From: Thermodesulfobacteriota bacterium
GTDB taxonomy: Bacteria > Desulfobacterota_D > UBA1144 > Nemesobacterales > JAJCZQ01
Assembly: GCA_965215275.1 (NCBI GenBank)
Contig: OZ244044.1
Coordinates: forward strand, 160,001-224,000
Length of the DNA: 64,000 nt
Reading direction: 5' to 3'
This document shows, in pieces, positions 59,302 through 64,000 of this stretch. Position 1 is the stretch's first letter. Every line of letters begins with the position of its first letter. The notes under the pieces were generated by a model that did not search any database, was not told the origin of the DNA, and saw only the letters and a program-made list of their open reading frames with translations. Both the position numbers and the translations under genes were made by a program.

Positions 59302-60963
59302 TTAAGATGTTTCGGACAGCATCTCTTTTGCCACCTCGAGCGTTTTTGCAGTAACGTTCTTTCCTGCAAGCATCCTGCTCATCTCCTCAACTCTTTCTTT
59401 GTTACTTAACTTATCTATCTGCACGCTTGTACTGGAACCTTCAATGAACTTGGACACTCTTATATGGGACTGGGCGAACTTTGCCACCTGAGGCAGATGA
59501 GTTATACAGATGACCTGATTATTTTCAGAGAGTCCCCTGATCTTTTTTCCTATTATTTCCGCGGTAATACCCCCAATGCCCGAATCTGCCTCATCGAATA
59601 TCAATATTGCTCCCGTCTCTTTATTTGAGAGCATGTTCTTTAAAAGTAACATTATCCTTGATAATTCTCCTCCCGACGCCACTTTGCTCAAAGGCTTTGG
59701 CTTCTCACCCGGATTTGCCGTGAATAAGAACGAAACGTTATCTATACCATCGATAGAAACGGGCTTGCTCTCTATTTTTATATCGAGCATAGAGCCTTTA
59801 AGTCCCACGTCCTTAGCTTCCTTAGTGAAGGACCTCATCAGCTTTCTGGATGATTCCTTTCTTTTAAGGGAAAGTCTTTCGGCAGAGGAGCTTAGTTCAT
59901 CAAGCGACCGCTTGCCGTCCTGCTTCAGTTTATCGACCGTATCGTCCAGCTTTGTCAGTTCAGAAAGTTCCTGCGATATTGTTTCATGCTTTGTCAGTAT
60001 TTCTGTAACCGTACTACCGTACTTTCTTTTTAGACCGTTTATCTCTGATATCCTGTAATTGATCTCCTCCAGTCTTTCAGGGTCTGACTGTACCTTGGAC
60101 AGATAATCCATTAAACTGAAAGAAATATCTTCGATCTCGACCGTGACCGATGCCACTGCCTCACCAAGACCCGTCAAGTCAGGGTCTATTTCCTGTATTT
60201 TTTCGACCTCTTTTGAAAGGTTTTTAATAGTGTTGTACGAGGAAGACCCGGATTCATAGATATCAGCGTATACCCTGTTCAGCGTATCGACGATCTTCTC
60301 GGCATTTGACAGTATCTTTTCCTCCTGTCTGAGGTTTTCTTCCTCATCTGCCCGCAGACCTGCATCATCTAACTCTTTGAGCTGATATTTCAGAAATTCT
60401 TCTCTTTCGGTCCGGTCTTTAGCAGCTATAAGGGCCTGTTCGAGCTTTTTGCTGATACACAGGTACCTGGAATATGAATTTTTATGCTCTTCAAGCAGGG
60501 AAAGGTTATTCGAGTAAGAATCCAGGAACCTTATATGGCCGCCGGGCTTGATCAGCGACTGATGTTCATGCTGTCCGAATATATCGATCAAACCGGTCGT
60601 TATATCAGAAAGCGTACTCAGCGTAGCGATGCTTCCATTGATAAATATCTTACCCTTTCCCGTAAGCGGTATTATCCTTTTGATAACCAGCTGTTCATCA
60701 CTTGTGCTATATCCCCTGTCTTCCAGCTTATCCGACAGTTCTTTATTATTGGTAATATCGAACAGTGCTTCCACTGTGGTCTGATTGGTTCCCGTCTTTA
60801 CGATATCGGAAGATACCTTATCACCTAAAAGTATGTTGATAGCGTCTATGATTATGGATTTTCCAGTTCCGGTCTCACCTGTGATTATATTAAGACCATC
60901 TGAGAACTCCACGGTCAGACTGTCTATTATTGCGTAATTCTTTAGAGAGATTTGAACGATCAT
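59302..60963 (-). CDS. recN: DNA repair protein RecN
   Basis: ITGETGTGKS, GQHEHQ, ASGGELSR, IFDEADSGIGG, ITHLPQVA. Confidence 0.96.
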   Translation of the reverse strand: MIVQISLKNYAIIDSLTVEFSDGLNIITGETGTGKSIIIDAINILLGDKVSSDIVKTGTNQTTVEALFDITNNKELSDKLEDRGYSTSDEQLVIKRIIPLTGKGKIFINGSIATLSTLSDITTGLIDIFGQHEHQSLIKPGGHIRFLDSYSNNLSLLEEHKNSYSRYLCISKKLEQALIAAKDRTEREEFLKYQLKELDDAGLRADEEENLRQEEKILSNAEKIVDTLNRVYADIYESGSSSYNTIKNLSKEVEKIQEIDPDLTGLGEAVASVTVEIEDISFSLMDYLSKVQSDPERLEEINYRISEINGLKRKYGSTVTEILTKHETISQELSELTKLDDTVDKLKQDGKRSLDELSSSAERLSLKRKESSRKLMRSFTKEAKDVGLKGSMLDIKIESKPVSIDGIDNVSFLFTANPGEKPKPLSKVASGGELSRIMLLLKNMLSNKETGAILIFDEADSGIGGITAEIIGKKIRGLSENNQVICITHLPQVAKFAQSHIRVSKFIEGSSTSVQIDKLSNKERVEEMSRMLAGKNVTAKTLEVAKEMLSETS

Positions 60964-61040
60964 GGCAGCTGTTTAAAACGTTTATCAGGATATAATACAT
61001 TTTCTTTCTGCACAACAAAGGTTACTGGGGTCTTTCCACC

Positions 61041-62342
61041 CTATTCTTTTATCTGTCCTTTGCCCCAGACAACGAATTTCTTGGAAGTCAGTTCTTCAAG
61101 TCCCATGGGTCCAAAGGCGTGGAGCTTGGAGGTACTGATACCTATTTCAGCACCCAGTCCCAACTCAAATCCATCGTTAAATCTGGTAGAAGCATTTACG
61201 ATCACGGCGGAAGAGTTAACACGGCTTAAAAAATATTGAGCATTATTATGACTTTCGGTAATGATAGCATCGGTATGCATAGAACCGTACTTATGTATAT
61301 GCGTGATCGCACCTTCTATATCCTCGACTACTTTTATGTTAAGTATAAGATCAAGGTACTCTTGATGATAATCCTGTTCGTCAGCCAGTTTAATACCTTT
61401 TATTATATCGTTCGTCCGTGCACATCCCCTGATCTCCACCCCGTTTTTTATTAACTCTTCTGAAACCAGCGGCAGGAACTCCTCTGAAACGTCCTTGTGT
61501 ACAAGGAGCGTCTCCATTGAGTTACAGACGCCAGGTCTTTGGACTTTGGAATTTACTGCGACTTTTACCGCACGTTCAAGGTCGGCACTCTCGTCCACAA
61601 AGACGTGACATACGCCTTTGTAGTGCTTTAAGACCGGGATCCTTGAGTTCTCAGATACAAATCTGATAAGTGCTTCACCACCTCTGGGTATTATCAGATC
61701 GATCTGGTCTTCAAGTTTTAACATATTAAGGACCACGTCCCTGCTGGTTACAGGAACGACCTGTACGCAGTTTTCGGGTATTCCCACTTCGTTCAGGGCT
61801 TCTTTTATTACCTTTGCAATGGCGAGATTGGAATTGATCGCCTCTGATCCGCCGCGAAGTATAACGGAATTGCCAGCTTTTAAGCACAGGGAGGCGGCAT
61901 CAAGCGTAACGTTAGGCCTGGATTCGTAGATTATTCCGATCACGCCAAGCGGTATCCTCATCTGTCCGACCACCAGTCCGTTGGGACGTTCCCATTTTTT
62001 TACGACCTCGCCAACGGGGTCTTTGAGAGAAGCGATCTGCTTGAGGCTTTCGACCATGGAACTTATCCTTTGTTCGTTCAACACAAGTCTGTCCACGAGT
62101 GCACTGGATAAGCCTTTTTTTTCCGCACGTTCCACGTCCAGTTTGTTCTGAGACCGTATAAGGTCTTTACTGCCTGTAATTTTATCAGCGATCGTTAAAA
62201 GAGCCTGGTCTTTCAGTTTGGTATCTACCGTTGAAAGGACCAGAGAGGACCGCTTGGCATCAAGTGCAATATCTTTGATCAGCTTAGCGGTATCTGAACC
62301 GACACTGCCTTCTTGTTCTCTTTTTTGCATAGAGCTGGACAT
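61041..62342 (-). CDS. proA: Gamma-glutamyl phosphate reductase
   Basis: IYESRPNVT, PRGGEAL, VCNSMETLLV, NASTRFNDG, GAEIGIST. Confidence 0.95.
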   Translation of the reverse strand: MSSSMQKREQEGSVGSDTAKLIKDIALDAKRSSLVLSTVDTKLKDQALLTIADKITGSKDLIRSQNKLDVERAEKKGLSSALVDRLVLNEQRISSMVESLKQIASLKDPVGEVVKKWERPNGLVVGQMRIPLGVIGIIYESRPNVTLDAASLCLKAGNSVILRGGSEAINSNLAIAKVIKEALNEVGIPENCVQVVPVTSRDVVLNMLKLEDQIDLIIPRGGEALIRFVSENSRIPVLKHYKGVCHVFVDESADLERAVKVAVNSKVQRPGVCNSMETLLVHKDVSEEFLPLVSEELIKNGVEIRGCARTNDIIKGIKLADEQDYHQEYLDLILNIKVVEDIEGAITHIHKYGSMHTDAIITESHNNAQYFLSRVNSSAVIVNASTRFNDGFELGLGAEIGISTSKLHAFGPMGLEELTSKKFVVWGKGQIKE

Positions 62343-62356
62343 GGACGGTCACTTCG

Positions 62357-62953
62357 TTAACGGATAATACCTTTTTCTTTAAGATATTTAACTATAAGCT
62401 CTGTACCCTCGTCGATCCCTGATTGGTCCGTCTTTATGGTTATCTCTGGAGCAAGTGGTTCTTCGTACGGGTCATCGATACCGGTAAAACCCTTTATGAT
62501 CCCCTCACGAGCTTTTTTGTATAAGCCTTTAACGTCCCTTTTTTCACATTCTTCAACGGGACAGTCCACGAATACTTCTATAAATTCTCCGCTTTCGACT
62601 ATTTCCCTTATCTTGTCCCTGTCCGCTCTGTATGGCGAAACGAATGCAGAAAGAACAATGATCCCCGCGTCCACGAAAAGCTTTGAAACTTCACCGATCC
62701 GCCTTATGTTTTCCTCTCTGTCGTCAGCTGAAAAGCCAAGGTCTTTACAAAGTCCCATCCTTACGTTGTCTCCATCCAGAATATAGGTCCGTGCCTGTTG
62801 CTCGATCAGTATTTTTTCGACTTCATTGGCTATAGTGGATTTTCCTGAGCAGGGAAGCCCGGTAAACCAGATAATTGCCGAACCATGCTTGTTCAATCTT
62901 CTTCTGTCGTCTTTGCCGATCTCATGATCATGCGGGATTACAAATCTTTCCAT
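62357..62953 (-). CDS. cysC: Adenylyl-sulfate kinase
   Basis: WFTGLPCSGKST, LDGDNVR, RDVKGLYKKAR, FTGIDDPYE. Confidence 0.95.
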   Translation of the reverse strand: MERFVIPHDHEIGKDDRRRLNKHGSAIIWFTGLPCSGKSTIANEVEKILIEQQARTYILDGDNVRMGLCKDLGFSADDREENIRRIGEVSKLFVDAGIIVLSAFVSPYRADRDKIREIVESGEFIEVFVDCPVEECEKRDVKGLYKKAREGIIKGFTGIDDPYEEPLAPEITIKTDQSGIDEGTELIVKYLKEKGIIR

Positions 62954-63121
62954 TATTAACCTCCATACTGCTGTAAAAATTAAAAATTTATCATATCATA
63001 ACTACGGAGTTATTAAATCTATGATTTTATATTAAGGTAACAGCTGTTTTTCCATCAGTAATATTGACTTATTTTTTTTAAGTTGAAAAATTACACCCTA
63101 AATCAAGACGGAGGAAAGTAA

Positions 63122-63535
63122 TTGGAAAGAACTTTATCTATTATAAAGCCGGACGGTACGGCTAAAAACGTCATAGGGGAAGTCATTACACGCTACGAAA
63201 AAAAAGGTCTCACGGTCGCTGCACTTAAAATGATAAAAATGTCCAAAGGCCAGGCGGAAGGTTTTTACCACGTACATAGAGAAAGACCGTTCTTTGAAAG
63301 CCTGACCAGGTTCATGTCATCCGGGACTGCAGTTGTCATGGTTATAGAAGGGGAAGATGCAATATCAAAAGTGAGAGAGATTATGGGTGCGACCAACCCT
63401 GAAGACGCAGCAGAAGGAACTATCAGAAAAGATTTTGCCTCCGACATTGAGCAAAACACGGTACATGGTTCGGATTCACCTGAGTCGGCCGAATATGAAA
63501 TAAGCTACTTTTTTAACTCTCTTGAAATGTTTTAA
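63122..63535 (+). CDS. ndk: Nucleoside-diphosphate kinase
   Basis: [25 protein letters not shown] start after GGAGG. Confidence 0.96.
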   Translation: MERTLSIIKPDGTAKNVIGEVITRYEKKGLTVAALKMIKMSKGQAEGFYHVHRERPFFESLTRFMSSGTAVVMVIEGEDAISKVREIMGATNPEDAAEGTIRKDFASDIEQNTVHGSDSPESAEYEISYFFNSLEMF

Positions 63536-63712
63536 GTACCGAAGTTTGTCAAACCAGCTTAGACGGTAATATGACTCTGCGTTCAGTGAAACACTTTAGA
63601 TAACATTTAACTGTCATTGAAGATATCAGGGCAGGAGTTAAAAGTGCGGTTGAGTGATCAAGGGAGACCAGAGTTAATTCAGGGATTGTAAGCAGCTGTT
63701 TTGTAAAATATA

Positions 63713-64000
63713 TTAACTTCCAACCACCTGCTCACCTGTTATACCCATGACCTTGATATTGATCTCCTTACCCGTATCATATTTACCGTAAGGAAGTTTA
63801 ACGTTAATATAGTTGTCGGTTGTTCCCCTTGATCTGCTTTCCACTAAGGTTTTTAACTCTTTTCCAATAAAACTTCTGTAAAATCCGATCTTCTTCCTTA
63901 AGCCCAGGTCCCTCAGGACCTTGCTCCTTGCTTTTTTTATCTCCGGCTCTATCTGCCCTTGCATTGAAGCGGCAGCGGTCTTTTTTCTGATCGAATATGG
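63713..64000 (-). CDS. mtaB: C-terminal part of a MiaB/MtaB-family methylthiotransferase (runs off the window edge)
   Basis: PYSIRKKTAAA..KKARS..L..L, FIGKEL..LVE, GTTDNYINV tail. Confidence 0.7.
   Translation of the reverse strand, partial: PYSIRKKTAAASMQGQIEPEIKKARSKVLRDLGLRKKIGFYRSFIGKELKTLVESRSRGTTDNYINVKLPYGKYDTGKEINIKVMGITGEQVVGS

Noticed and set aside
63536..63712. Possible tRNA or ncRNA in the ndk-mtaB gap
   Set aside because: No cloverleaf, T-loop motif or recognisable structured RNA

Overview
Bacterial chromosomal window made mostly of housekeeping genes: a peptide ABC transporter, yceD-rpmF-fabD-fabG-acpP-fabF, a TCA cluster (acnA, icd, mdh, an Sdh1-like succinate dehydrogenase, sucC), dnaK-grpE-dnaJ, thrC, ileS, the PDH complex, lipB, rdgB, pyrG, an RNB nuclease, an EF-G paralogue, pdxH, nfo, recN, proA, cysC, ndk and a partial mtaB. 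The gene set is compatible with a Dadabacteria/Desulfobacterota-like lineage, but that is inference only. Two accessory systems stand out. (1) Two divergent TnpB nucleases with intact RuvC residues each sit alone, without a transposase, in a ~1.3 kb element. Both elements have 24-bp terminal inverted repeats starting GGGRAYTATA and 8-bp target-site duplications. This is DDE/IS1595-like architecture rather than IS200/IS605 or IS607 ends. (2) A paralogous family of surface-anchored kexin/furin-like S8 proteins with P-domain and Ig-like repeats has lost catalytic residues. Both full copies share a GGGGCAVS-TM-basic tail and a conserved promoter-leader cassette with two poly-C tracts that, as sequenced, frameshift the signal peptide (candidate double phase-variation switch). 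A decayed third copy is also present. No rRNA, tRNA or CRISPR array was recognised.
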